From assembly GCA_964016885.1 (NCBI GenBank), contig OZ024745.1, positions 73,160,001 to 73,224,000 of the forward strand: a stretch of 64,000 nucleotides of DNA, written 5' to 3'. Source of the stretch: Eledone cirrhosa (lineage: Eukaryota). Every line of letters starts with the position of its first letter. Position 1 is the first letter of the stretch. The position numbers and the translations under genes were made by a program. This document shows, in pieces, positions 1-11,548 of this stretch. The notes below the pieces were generated by a model. That model made no database searches. It saw nothing but the letters and a program-made list of their open reading frames with translations, and had not been told where the DNA came from.

Positions 1-2945
1 GAATCCACGGAGGCTATGGGTTTGGTACTAGAAATGAGGAAGGCTCCAGAATCCTGGAATTCTGTGACGCAAATAACCTAACTATCTGTAACACTACCTT
101 AAAAAAACGAGACAATCACTTGATCACCTACAGATCAGGGGAACATACCAGCCAGGTAGATTATTTCCTTAACAGAAGACGTGACAGTGTGTCTGTTGTA
201 AACACTAAATCCCTCCCCCATGAAGAATGCACCTCCCAACATAGACTCGTAATTAGTGACCTCATAGTCAGGACGAGACGTACTCGACAGAAGAAGAGGA
301 CTATCCTCAGGAGAAGAAAATGGAAGCTAAAGGACCCCACAGCCAGAAATAAATTTAAAAGCATATTACTTGATGCTTTCGACAGTAAGGAAGAGCATTT
401 AGTCGTACAATATAGAGGAACAGTGGGAATTTCTGAAAGCAAACCTGCTTATGGCGGCAGACGAAGTCTGTGGCTGGAGCAGGCCTATAGGCAGGAGGAG
501 AGTAACATGGTGGTGGAACAGTAAGGTGGAGGAGTCAATTAAGGCCAAAAAGCAGGCTTGGAAAGTATGGCGGGATGGGGGAAGTAGAGAAGACTATCAA
601 GTGGCCAGGAGGGAAAATAGGAGACAAGTGTACTTCGCAAGAAGAGAAGCAGAGGAAAGAAAGTTCAAGCATGTTCTACAATGCGAGGACCAAAAACGTG
701 AGGTGTTCAGGATTGCTAGGCAATGTGTCAAGGAAAACCGTGATATTGTCGGGGAGAAGTGTGTACTTAATGATGATGGTGTACTTGCCATGTCTGACGC
801 TGATAAGTAGGTAGCTTGAAAGTGTCACTACGAAAGGCTACTAAATGAGGAGAATAAATGTGAGAAAGACGGTCTCCCCCACATCGACCCAATAGAGGGA
901 CCAGCAGTGTTAGTCGAAGGTAGTATAATAAGTAAGGCAATCAAAGATATGAAGACGGGAGAGGCGGCTGGGCCTTCGGAAATAGTTGCTGAAATGCTGA
1001 AAGCCTCTGGAACGGTGGGACACACCATGGTCACCCGGATAGTAAACCAAATCATACAGAATGGGGTTGTTCCGAAGGACTGGCGCAGCAGCATCATCAT
1101 TAACTGCTACAAGGGTAAAGGAGATTCCCTAGATAGGAGTAACTATAGAGGCATTAAATTAATTGACCAGGTCATGAAAATCACGGAAAAAGTAATAGCG
1201 CAACTAATCAGAGAGAGAATTGATCTAGATGAAATGCAGTTCGGGTTTGTGTCAGGCAAAAGTACCACAGACGCTCTTTTCATTGTACGACAACTACAAG
1301 AGAAGTACCTAGCTAAAAGTAAACCCCTATACTTAGCTTTTGTCGACTTGGAGAAAGCCTTCGACAGAGTCCGCCGTTCCATTATCTGGTGGGCTCTTAG
1401 AAAACTGGGTGTTGATGAATGGCTTGTGAGAGCTATACAAGCCATGTATAAAGAAACAGTCAGCAAGGTTAGAATTAACAACGAATATAGTGAAGATTTA
1501 GCATAAAAGTTGGTGTTCATCAGGGCTCCGTTCTTAGCCCCCTACTATTTATTATTGCCCTTCAGGCTATAACAGTGGAGTTCAAGACCGGCTGCCCATG
1601 GGAACTCCTATACGCAGATGATCTAACGCTCATAGCTGAATCAATGGCTGAACTAGACGAGAAATTCCAAACATGGAAGCATGGCCTAGAATCAAAAGGC
1701 CTTAAAATTAAGCAGTCTAAGACTAAAGTTCTAGTTTGTAGGAAGGAAAACAGGGCGCCAGTCCCATCCGGGAAATGGCCATGCTCAGTGTGTAGGAAAG
1801 GAGTAGGTAGAAACTCCATTTTATGTCCCAAATGCAAAGTATGGGTGCATAAAAGATGTAGTGGGATCACAGGTAAGCTAACTAAGAACATAGATTTTAC
1901 ATGTGGCCGGTGCTCTGGTGCAATAAGTAGCAGCAAGTGCCCACAGAATACTAGCTCTTTCAATTGCACAGAGGGTTCTATAGAAATAGTGGACAGCTTC
2001 TGTTACCTGGGTGACAAAATCAGCAGTGGGGGAGGGGTGCTCTGAAAGTACAGTAGCTAGAGCCAGAACTGGATGGAAAAAGTTGAGAGAGCTTATACCT
2101 CTATTAGCCGCTAAAGGGTTCTCCCTAAAAATGAAAGGCAGGCTGTATGATGCCTGCATACGAACAGCAATGTTGCATGGCAGTGAGACCTGGGCATTGT
2201 GTGCAGAGGATATATGCAGACTAGAGAGGAACGAAGCTTGCATGCTCCGCTGGATGTGTAACAGTAATATACGTGAACGGCAAAGCATTAACGAACTAAG
2301 GGAAACATTAGAAATAAGAGGGATCAGATGTTGTTTACTCAAGAGAAGGCTACGTTGGTATGGTCACTTGATGCGCATGAAAGACGACACCTGTATAAAA
2401 AAGTGCAGGGCAATAAAGATAGACGGTAGCCACGGAGTTGGCAGACCCAGAAAAATCTGCGACGACTTGATAAATTCCGACCTCACACACTTACACCTCT
2501 CCAAGACAATTACACTGGACCGAGATCTTTGGCGGAACACAGTAATAGAGAAGACCCGCCTTACCTAAATACAAAGTAAAACCTACTACAGTCAGTAGGC
2601 ACCTCTAACAAAATACACCCTCGTCCCACTACCCCCACCCTATCCACACCGCCCCTTCCAATGTAAAGTTATGTTGGTACCACAACATCCAGGCCGAAAC
2701 AAATCAGGTCGTGTAGGTGTCACGACAAAAAAAAACACAGTCCACGCTGTAATGTGGCCGTGTAGGTAACACGGTAAAAACCTCCCAGTTCCACACTGTA
2801 AATGTGGTTGGTGTTAGGAAGGGCATCCAGCTGTAGAAAACCCACCAGACAGACCTATGCGAGCAAGACAACCACTCTTGCCTCAAGTGCGAAAACTGCC
2901 GTCCAAACCCATGCAAGTGTGGAATATGGACGTTAAACGATGAGG
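1..2945 (+). mobile_element. RTE-clade LINE, family A, copy 1 (5' part outside the window; frameshifted/decayed)
   Basis: ORF pieces 120-2568 give the APE endonuclease C-terminus (SQVDYFL), RT motifs (FVDLEKAFD, LLYADDL), a C4HC3 insert and the RTE C-terminus (RLRWYGHLMR...GRPRK). The 3' UTR ends in ggacgttaaacgatga. Several frameshifts and stops. Confidence 0.93.
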
Positions 2946-3126
2946 TGGTGGTAGGTGGGTGGGTGGATGGATGGATTTAGTATCGTGAGAGAGTAGAAGG
3001 TTTATGGGAGAGGCGATACATATAGTTAGTTGCCATAAGCTGGCGCATTTGTGCTCAATACTTGTGCCTACATATTTAAATATCGGAAGTGTTAATATTT
3101 AGTGGGGGAGATATAAGCAGAGCAGT

Positions 3127-3569
3127 TACAAATGAAAATATTAGAAAGAGAATACAGACTGTTAGAACATATTTATAAAATAAGCTCATACTTACGTTTC
3201 GCCCGAAGAGGGCTTATCAAGGGCATATAATGCAAGAAAATGTTCAATACAGATCCCAGAAGGGGTTTAAAATGATAACAACATCGAAGTTCATGTTTAT
3301 CTCAAACACACATGACTGTTTGTATCTCAAACACACATGACTGTTTGTATCTCAAACACACATGGTTGTTTATACAAACAGCAATGTGTGTTTGAAATAA
3401 ACATGAACTTCGATGTTGTTGTCATTTAAAAAACCCCTTCTGGGTTCTGTATTGAACACTTGCATTATATGCCCTTGTGAAGCCTTTTTTGGGTGAAACG
3501 CACGTAGGAGCTTATTTTATAAACATGTTGTAACAGTCTGTATTCTCTTTCGTAATATTTTCATTTGTA
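3127..3569. mobile_element. Foldback (long inverted repeat) element, likely two Penelope-like pLTRs in inverted arrangement
   Basis: 3127-~3320 (tacaaatgaaaatattagaaagagaatacagactg...) is the near reverse complement of ~3375-3569. The centre has about three copies of a 25-bp repeat (tatctcaaacacacatgactgtttg). Each arm carries a hammerhead-like motif. Confidence 0.75.
3180..3229 (-). ncRNA. Minimal type I hammerhead ribozyme motif (U3:A8 core variant)
   Basis: Minus strand reads atatgccc-UUGAUAA-gccc(tcttc)gggc-GAAA-c(gtaa)g-UA-tgagcttat. Stem II is perfect, stem III is short with a GUAA loop, the site is GUA, and stem I is imperfect. The mirror copy at ~3466-3516 has a damaged core. Confidence 0.55.
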
Positions 3570-3603
3570 TATATATATTTATATATAAAATGTATATACC
3601 CAT

Positions 3604-3760
3604 ATAGCTGACGAATTGGTAGAGTTGCTAGAATGTTAAATAGACTGCTTTGTGGTACTTGTTCCAGCTCTCTGCTCTACTATCCCATTGAGGTCAACTT
3701 TGTCTTTTATCCTTTCGAGATAGATAAAAGAAAGTACCAGTTTAATACTGGGGTCAATTC
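3604..3760 (+). mobile_element. Decayed tRNA-derived SINE (same family as 14700-14888)
   Basis: gaggtcaactttgtcttttatcctttcgagatagataaaagaaagtaccagtttaatactgggg matches the body of the SINEs at 11151-11343 and 14700-14888. Confidence 0.6.
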
Positions 3761-5552
3761 TTCCTCTATGTCTTTTTCTCACTTTGTTTCTCTCACTTTC
3801 TATTCTTCTCTGGAAGAAATCTGCTGTGTTCAGGCCTGGAGAGGAATGGGCTCTGCTAGGCTTAAAATGCCCAAGAAACACTGTATGCCACTATGGTGCT
3901 ACTACGACTCGCTCCATCAGAAGTTATGGGACCATACCATATACCCATAAGATGGTTGTTTTAAAATGATTGCTAGAACTAATAGAAACCTTCAGGTACG
4001 ATCAGCAGCAGAGGTTGTGAAATCATAGCGTTGACTGTGAAGGCAGTCGATTAACTGCCCTTAGTTCTGACGTCAGTAGCTGAAACAATGTTAATTGAAC
4101 GATGATACCTCGGAGGGAATAGGCGTATTTCCACGCAGTGACCCAAAAGGCGATATCACACCATGCGGTCGCATCAGTATATGACGATTGAAAAATATCC
4201 CAACCTAGGAGCACTGATGTATTTGAATATATTCTTTAATTGCTCTAATTAAAAATGTTTCTATAACATAATATTGAGGTATGTTCCTTCTTCCTTGTTT
4301 GACTATGTGCCAGTATACTATATCCAGTTAGACGGGATGTCTGACCACCCCGCCTAAAAGTTCAAGGAGCTATTACATTTGGTACTCTTTAAATGAAGGA
4401 CGTATTGGATGATTGTTTATAAAGTGCAATACTACATAGAAATGGAATGGGTATTGCAGAGGATATGTGATGGCAGAGGCCATTATGTTTCATTAGATGT
4501 GTAATGTTAGTGTTTATAAGTAACAGCACAAATAAGCTGAGGGTTTAAAAATAGTTATAAGAAAAAGTCAACTAAAGTATAGAAGAGAGAAGACTGTGCT
4601 GATATGGATATTTGATGTGTATGACAGGTGAAGAGGTGCCAAGCAATCTAAGTGGATTAAGCCTGTAGTAGAAGAAAGATCAAAGAATTTATGGTCAGAA
4701 GTAATAAAGACTAATCTTAGAATGCTGACCCTCTTGAATGTAATGACAATAGATTGTTGAAAATCCATTCAACCAATGCAAGCATGGACAATCTAACATA
4801 AAATGATGACAATGATGATGATTCTCTTTGATTTATAATTGTATACAATGTTTAAATAACCTCATAATACTTCTATGTGTAGCTTTTATCTGATAAAACT
4901 TTTTCTAACATGTATGTTTATATATTGACAATTTTGACTTTATTAGATTTTCTTCTGCTGGATTTCTCATATTATATTGAACATATGTATATACCATTCA
5001 CTGAAAATCATCATCATTTTCATCATTTAACATCCACTTTCCCTGCTAGCCAGAATTAGATGGGTCTTCATGAACTGAGTCAGTACTGAAGTAGAGCTAC
5101 TGATCTCCCAGAAAAGCTGTGGGTTTGCATCTTGCTTACATATGGTCCCACATTCTACCAAGTGGTATAATTGCTTAACAATTGAAGATTGTTAGTTACA
5201 CATGCACACACACATACGTCTCATACACATAGAAGGTTTTCAAGAAAAAAGAAATCAACACTTAAATGCTGCCCTACTTATGTGACATTGTGTACTAAGC
5301 AAGCAAACTTCACTCCAGTTCTTATGACTTTGAAAAGAAATGTTTATGTTGTAGATTTCACAGGAAATTCACATAAAGCATATTTTCAATGGCTTTGTTG
5401 TTATTTCGACATTTGCAGAAAATTTCTTACTGAAGTCCGGTTTATATATCATAGATAGGTTACTCAGTATTTTCCCATTACAAATTTTGTGTTTAGCTTC
5501 ATGGTTTTATAGTTTTTTCTTTAGTTCAGTTACCACTGATAGATTTTGATTT

Positions 5553-5580
<28 letters not shown>

Positions 5581-5583
<3 letters not shown>

Positions 5584-6399
5584 GGAAAAAGTATGACCCC
5601 GACGGCAGGCAGAGCTCAAGCTGTTTCAACGGCTATTTTTGGACTAAAATCATTTCCTTCCACCCCCTATTTTCTTCCTCGTCTGCTTTTCCCCTTCGCC
5701 TACCGCGATGCAGCCCATCGGGCCTCTGAAGCATCAGTTCCCCCACCACTGTATTTTTAAGATAGAATGGGCCAAATACATTTTACTAACTACTTATAGC
5801 AGACGTGTTAAACCCCTTTAATTCTGTATCAGTTCTGGTACTACTCAATTTCTACAAGTTTTTTATATTCTCAACTTATTAACCTGTAATTGTAAGATAG
5901 CATTGTGATTTTTTTTAATCATTTCTCACTATCTAATTTTATATCTTTTTTTTTATTTATTTCTATTATCTTTCATTGTCTCCTACTCTCATTAGATTTA
6001 CCTATTCTATAACCTCCCTCCTCCACTTCATACACTATTCTGCTGTATACATATCACTTTCAATGCTTGACCGTCCACTCACTCCCCTATTATTCTACAG
6101 GCAAGTTCAGCCACCCCTACTTCCCACCAAATGCCATGATAGACTTATTTGTGTTTACAACAAATTTTAACCAATCCACTTGACAACTACAATCTTCCCA
6201 TATAAAAAAGTACCCCCTTGAAAAGTTCGGCTATTTATTCACCAGGCTAAAAATTCTAATTTAGTCCAGAAATAGCCGTCGAAACGGCTTGAGCTCTGCC
6301 GTCGGCGTCATACTTTTTCCTATTTCCCACTCTACTACCCTAGTATTGAGTACTCTGGTGCGTTATGGTCCATCTGGTTCCTTACCACAATTCCTTTGT

Positions 6400-6400
<1 letters not shown>
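5581..6400 (+). mobile_element. Non-autonomous Penelope-like/retrozyme-like element with an inverted partial terminal repeat, between (TA)n tracts
   Basis: 5581-5650 is the reverse complement of ~6259-6323. A hammerhead motif lies at 6205-6318, and (TA)n flanks both sides (5556-5582, 6401-6427). Confidence 0.7.
6205..6318 (+). ncRNA. Type I hammerhead ribozyme motif (U3:A8 core variant)
   Basis: Stem I aaaaagta-cccc / gg(c)g-tca-tacttttt; the inverted copy reads gggg here. Core UUGAAAA 6218-6224. Long stem II cggctattt/aaatagccg closed by G6225-C6280. GAAA 6281-6284. Stem III acggc/gccgt. Cleavage triplet GUC 6301-6303. Confidence 0.7.
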
Positions 6401-6427
<27 letters not shown>

Positions 6428-6432
<5 letters not shown>

Positions 6433-7222
6433 TGCTCTTTCTCAATGCTATTCTATAATTCTGTCTGGTTGTTCTAAATAATTTCTTGTATTTTAAAATC
6501 CCATTATTCGCTTATTACTGTTATTTGTTGTCCAATTATGCCCAAAATTTGAGGATTTTATTTAAACCCTCTCGCTAACTACCCCATTATTCGCTTATTA
6601 CTGTTATATGCTTGTCCAATTATGCCCAAAATTCGAGGATTTTATTTAAACGCTCTCGCTAACTACCCCATACCTCTCCCACCCGCCCCCATTATTATTT
6701 GGACCAATCATAAGTCAGCGGCCCATGCTATCACTTCTCCTGGTTGCTTTTCGATATGATGGATGGACTAAGGAATTCTGGAGAGTCTAAAAAATCTGGA
6801 CACTCAGTGACAATGTCAAAGATAAAGACAAATTCATCTCATGTTGCCGGACGAAAAGGCAAAAACTCCTCCTCTTTGTTTCGGCCGCGGATGGCCAACA
6901 TAACCCCAACCCCATCCCCCTTACCCATCCCCGCGTCCCACCGTTCCAACCCACCAAATATAATCCAAAACTTCAGAGTTGGTACCATGAATGTAGGCAC
7001 CTTAAAAGGTCGCTCTAATGAGGTTGTAGAAATGCTTGAACGTAAGGAGGTTGATGTTTGCTGTATCCAAGAGACCAGGTGGAGGGGTGGGACTGCTAGA
7101 TTCATTGTGGGTAAAAAACGATGCTATAAGCTTTTCTGGGTGGGAAATGACAATGGGCTGGGTGGGGTAGGAATCATGTTAGCAGAAAAATGGGTAGATA
7201 AGATAATAGACGTAAATAGAGT
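6428..7222 (+). mobile_element. RTE family A copy 2, 5' segment (5' UTR + endonuclease N-terminus)
   Basis: ORF 6744-7222 has VGTMNVGTL and VDVCCIQETRW (APE). It breaks at ...IIDVNRV and resumes in register as NDRIIKISLV at ~11554. The UTR has an ~85-bp tandem duplication (~6501-6670). Confidence 0.88.
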
Positions 7223-7584
7223 CATCATCATCATCATCATCATCACCGTTTTACGTCCGTTCTTCCACGCTAGCATGGGTTAGACGGGTTGTCCTGTTGT
7301 GGGTAGTGTCTGGTCGGCTGACCATGCCTTGCTCATACAGGAACTGATTTGGCTTGATTTCTACAGCTGGATGCCCTTCCTAACACCAACCTCATTTACA
7401 GTGAGTGCTGGGTGCTTTTTCGTGGCGCCTACACGTCCACTTTACAGTGTGGGCTGGGTGCTTTTTTGCCGTGGCACCTCCACGACCACCTTGCAGTGGA
7501 GGGTGTGGGGGGCATATTGTCTGTATGCTTCAGCTTGTACCCATGGGAGGTCGGGTACTCTGTATTACTGCGTGACGCCAGAGG

Positions 7585-10500
7585 TCACGGTCGTGTGTCA
7601 TCGCTTTTGTTTGAGAGGTGTAATTGGGAAAGGTCGGCTTTTATCACCTCATCCCAGGTCATCTTGGGTCTCCCCACTTCGCGATTTCCATCGACTTCTA
7701 GTGCTCTGCACCTTTTTCTGCAGCTGTCATCCTTCATACGCATCACATGTCCATACCAATGCAACCGCCTCTCCTGCACACAGCATTTGATTCCTCTTAT
7801 GCTCAGTCTCTCTCTCAATTCATTTATGCTTTGTCGTTCGCGTATATTACTATTACACATCCATCGGAGCATGCAGGCTTCGTTTCTCTCTAATCTACGT
7901 AAGTCTTCCACCTTCAGCGCCCAAACCTCACTACAATGCAACATCGCTGTTCGGATACACGCATCATACAGTCTGCCTTTCATTTTGAGGGAGAAGCCTT
8001 TTGCAACTTGCAGTGGCAGTAGTTCCCTAAACTTCTTCCATCCCGTTCTTACCCTAGTTATTGTACTTTCTGAACACCCACCTCCGCTGCTAATTCGGTC
8101 ACCTAGGTAGCAGAAGCTGTCTACTGTTTCTACAGAGCCCTCCCAGAGATTGGTGGTACTTGTTTCCTGTGGCTGTTTGCTGCTTGCTGTCCCAGCACAG
8201 CTGCTGCACGTGAAGCCTACATTCTTAATTAAGCTTCCTGAGACCCCGCTACATCTCTTGTGTACCCATTGTTTGCATTTGGGGCAGAGCATAGAGTTCC
8301 TACCTACACCTTTCCTACATACTGAGCAAGGCCATTTCCCTGAGGGGATCTGGGTTTTGTTTTCTCGTCTACTTACAAGGACCTTAGTCTTTGTCATGTT
8401 GACTTTGAGACCCTTTCTTTCTAGTCCCTGCTTCCAAGTTTGGAATTTCTTCTCTAGTTCTACCATAGATTCAGCTATAAGTGCGAGGTCATCAGCATAC
8501 AGGAGTTCCCATGGGCATCCAGTCTTAAACTTCTCTGTTATTGCCTGCAGGACTATGATGAACAGGAGGAGGCTAAGAACAGAGCCCTGGTGGACACCAA
8601 CCTGTACGCTAAATTCCTCGCTATACTCATTGCTAATCCTAACTTTGCTGACTGCTCCCCTATACGTGGCTTGTACCGCTTTCACAACCCATTCATCTAC
8701 TCCTAGTTTTCTAAGAGCCCACCAGATTACAGCACGTGGAACTCTGTCAAAGGCTTTCTCGAGGTCGACAAATTCCAGGTAGAGTGGCTTACTTTTAGCT
8801 AGGTACTTTTCCTGTAACTGCCTGACAAGGAAGAGGGCATCAGTGGTGCCTCTTCCTGGTACAAACCCAAATTGCATCTCGTCTAGTTTCACCCGGTCCC
8901 TAATCAACTGTGCTATAACTCTTTCTGTTACTTTCATGACCTGGTCCATCAGCTTTATACCTCTATAGTTTCCTCTATCTAGTGCATCACCTTTACCTTT
9001 GTAGCAGTTGACAATGATGCTACTGCACCAATCTTTTGGTATGTCACTTAGTATTACCTGGTTAACAATACGTGTGGTTATAGTGTGACCTACAGACCCA
9101 GATGCCTTCAGCATCTCGGCAGCTATACCCGATGGACCGGTTGCCTTCCCCATATTCATATCTTTGATTGCCTTACTTACTACGCTGCTGCTGACTTGTA
9201 CTGCTGGCCCCTCTATAGGGTCTACTTGGGGTAGGGTCTCTTCTTCCCATGCATTCTCCTCATTTAGTAATCTATCATAATGACTCTTCCATGCATCTTT
9301 CTTCTCAGCACTTGTGAGGGCAAGCTCACCTTTATCATTCTGGATACACTTCTCTCCAATGACATCACAATTCTCTCTGACACACTGCCTCACAATCTTG
9401 AACACCTCCTGTTTCTGGTCCTCATGTTGCAAAACATGCTTGAATTTTCTATCCTCTGCTTCCCTCCTAGCTAAGTATACTTGTCGCCTAGCTTCCCTCT
9501 TGGTCTCTATGTAATGTACCCTGCTCCCCCCGTTCTTCCATTCTTTCCATGCCTGTCTCTTGGCCTTAACTGCCTCATCTACCTTATTGTTCCACCACCA
9601 AGTCACTCTCCTCCTGCTTGAGGTCTTACTCCAGCCACAGACCTCATCCGTCGCCTCTAGTAAGTTATTTTTTAGGAACTCCCAGTTCTCTTCTACATTG
9701 AATGTCTCCATCTGTTCTTCTTTACTGTCGTAGGCGTTGAGTAAAATATCTTTAAATCTGTTACTGGTTGAGGGGTCTTTCAGCTTCCAGATCTTTCTTC
9801 TCCAGGTTGGCCTCTGTTTCCAGGTTCGTCTAGTTCTGACTGTGAGGTCGCTGACAACTAAGCTATGTTGGGATGTACATTCCTCACTAGGGAAGGCTTT
9901 TGTGTTTATGACCGTCCATCTGTCACGTCCTCTGATGAGGATAAAATCTATCTGACTAGAGTGCTCCCCTGATCTATAGGTGATCAGGTGGTTGTCGGGT
10001 TTTTTGAAGTTTGTGTTACATATCGACATGTCATTGGCGTCGCAGAATTCTAGAAGTCTGAATCCTTCCTCATTTCTTGTGCCAACCCCATGGCCGCCAT
10101 GTACTCTATTGAAGCCGTCGCAGTGTTTACCTACGTGTCCGTTAAAATCTCCTGCGATGATTAGGAAGTCATTGTCGTTTGTTAGAGCAGTAGTGTGCAT
10201 TAGGGACTCGTAAAACCTATCCTTAAGTTCGTCTATCAACTCTGATTGGGGTGCGTAAGCTGATATTATTGTGGTAATTGTTTTATTCAGGACTAGTCTG
10301 AGTTTAATGATTCTTGCATTTACCCTGTACACGGAGATTACTTTATCTCCCCACTTGTCAGCTAGTAGTATACCTACATCACCCATCCCATCGTCATTTC
10401 CCACCCAGAAAAATTTGTAGCACTGACTTTTTTCTACAAGGACTCTAGCAGACTCTCCTCTCCATCTAGTCTCTTGCACACAGCATACATCAATTTCCTT

Positions 10501-10653
10501 TCGCTCTAGCATTTCTATGATTTCTCCTGCTCTTCCTTTCATTGTGCTTACATTGATGGTACCAACTCGGAGTTTTGGGCATTTGTCGACACTCGTAGGG
10601 AAGGGTCTCTGGATTGGCGCTTCACATGGGTGCTTGGTAGCTCGCAGATTCAT
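7585..10653 (-). CDS. RTE APE endonuclease-reverse transcriptase ORF with PHD-like insert; small indels, C-terminal frameshift
   Basis: 1022-aa ORF with GTINV, CVQETRW, AGDFNGH, FVDLEKAFD, LLYADDL, CSVC...CPKC-x4-H-x2-C...CSSC and RLHWYGHVMR. Its end (SNKSDDTRP) departs from the sister copies ([13 protein letters not shown]...). Confidence 0.9.
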   Translation of the reverse strand: MNLRATKHPCEAPIQRPFPTSVDKCPKLRVGTINVSTMKGRAGEIIEMLERKEIDVCCVQETRWRGESARVLVEKSQCYKFFWVGNDDGMGDVGILLADKWGDKVISVYRVNARIIKLRLVLNKTITTIISAYAPQSELIDELKDRFYESLMHTTALTNDNDFLIIAGDFNGHVGKHCDGFNRVHGGHGVGTRNEEGFRLLEFCDANDMSICNTNFKKPDNHLITYRSGEHSSQIDFILIRGRDRWTVINTKAFPSEECTSQHSLVVSDLTVRTRRTWKQRPTWRRKIWKLKDPSTSNRFKDILLNAYDSKEEQMETFNVEENWEFLKNNLLEATDEVCGWSKTSSRRRVTWWWNNKVDEAVKAKRQAWKEWKNGGSRVHYIETKREARRQVYLARREAEDRKFKHVLQHEDQKQEVFKIVRQCVRENCDVIGEKCIQNDKGELALTSAEKKDAWKSHYDRLLNEENAWEEETLPQVDPIEGPAVQVSSSVVSKAIKDMNMGKATGPSGIAAEMLKASGSVGHTITTRIVNQVILSDIPKDWCSSIIVNCYKGKGDALDRGNYRGIKLMDQVMKVTERVIAQLIRDRVKLDEMQFGFVPGRGTTDALFLVRQLQEKYLAKSKPLYLEFVDLEKAFDRVPRAVIWWALRKLGVDEWVVKAVQATYRGAVSKVRISNEYSEEFSVQVGVHQGSVLSLLLFIIVLQAITEKFKTGCPWELLYADDLALIAESMVELEKKFQTWKQGLERKGLKVNMTKTKVLVSRRENKTQIPSGKWPCSVCRKGVGRNSMLCPKCKQWVHKRCSGVSGSLIKNVGFTCSSCAGTASSKQPQETSTTNLWEGSVETVDSFCYLGDRISSGGGCSESTITRVRTGWKKFRELLPLQVAKGFSLKMKGRLYDACIRTAMLHCSEVWALKVEDLRRLERNEACMLRWMCNSNIRERQSINELRERLSIRGIKCCVQERRLHWYGHVMRMKDDSCRKRCRALEVDGNREVGRPKMTWDEVIKADLSQLHLSNKSDDTRP

Positions 10654-11150
10654 ATTTCATCTATTAATTCAGAGTTGCTCAAATTTATTCTCAGCTCATC
10701 CATCCATAACGGTAGGAAAATTCAGGGCTAGAAGAACAGTGGTGGTGGAATAATGGCAGGGTGTGTTGGGCTGGGACAGGGGAGGAGAGAGTTAGTTAGG
10801 TAGTAGTAGCAGAAGAAATGGCATGCTGAGGTTTGATTGGTCGAATAGGCTATGGTGGTGTGTGGGGGTGGGTGGGAGAGAAATTGTGAGGTAGGGAGAG
10901 AGGGTCGCCGTCAAGATGGATGACTGGACCGAAGCCAAATCAACTCTAGTGATTCATTTTAGCCTTTCAGAATAGAGTGTCTTATCTCTTCAATAGCTTC
11001 AAGATGAGTGAGGTGGAATGGGTGAAGAGGTAATGGGTGGCTTAGAGAGGGGGTAGCCATCATAGAGAGAGGGTCGCCGCATGGCAAAGTAGCCGATAGA
11101 ATACCGCATGGCAAAGTAGCGATAGAATACATCAACAATAATATTAATAA

Positions 11151-11343
11151 TTGTTTCTACTTTTGGCACAAGGCCATCAAATACCCAGTACATTACTGGT
11201 ACTTTATTTTATCGACCCCGTAAGGATGAAAGGCAAAGTTAACCTCGGCGGGATTTGAACTCAGACCGTAAAGGGAGGACGTAACTATGCTGGAAAGCAT
11301 GGCATCCGACTCTCTACCGATACTGCCAATCCACACCCGGTAT
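11151..11343 (-). mobile_element. tRNA-derived SINE inserted in the 5' region of RTE-B copy 1
   Basis: Minus strand has an A-box-like tggcagtatcggt, a B-box gagttcaaatccc and the body ggggtcgataaaataaagtaccag. A 14-bp TSD aataatattaataa lies at 11137-11150 and 11344-11357. Confidence 0.8.
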
Positions 11344-11548
11344 AATAATATTAATAATAATAGCCAGTCATGGCCTGTAGCCTTTGATGGAAAAATAGAC
11401 AGAGACAGAGTCAGCATGGTAGAGGAAAAATAGACAGAGACAGAGTCAGCATGGTAGGAGAATAACAAAGTAAATGTGTTGTAGGAGCTGATATACCTTC
11501 ATAAAAATTTGTATGTAAGTAAATGTGTTGTAAGTAAATTTGTATGGA

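Larger units (their letters stand above)
7223..11548 (-). mobile_element. RTE family B copy 1, apparently full length, inserted into family A copy 2
   Basis: (ATG)n tail at 7223-7245, the 1022-aa ORF, and a long 5' region. AGAGT is duplicated at 7218-7222 and 11549-11553 (TSD). Confidence 0.9.

Noticed and set aside
3990-4285. CpG-richer stretch with tgacgtca and a gag|gtatgt donor as the host promoter or first exon
   Set aside because: No signal-peptide ORF in phase with the exon at 15418; motifs this short arise by chance.
7299-10753. Plus-strand ORFs antisense to RTE-B (and equivalents in other copies)
   Set aside because: These are shadow frames of the LINE ORF with no recognisable domains; they recur only because the element is repeated.
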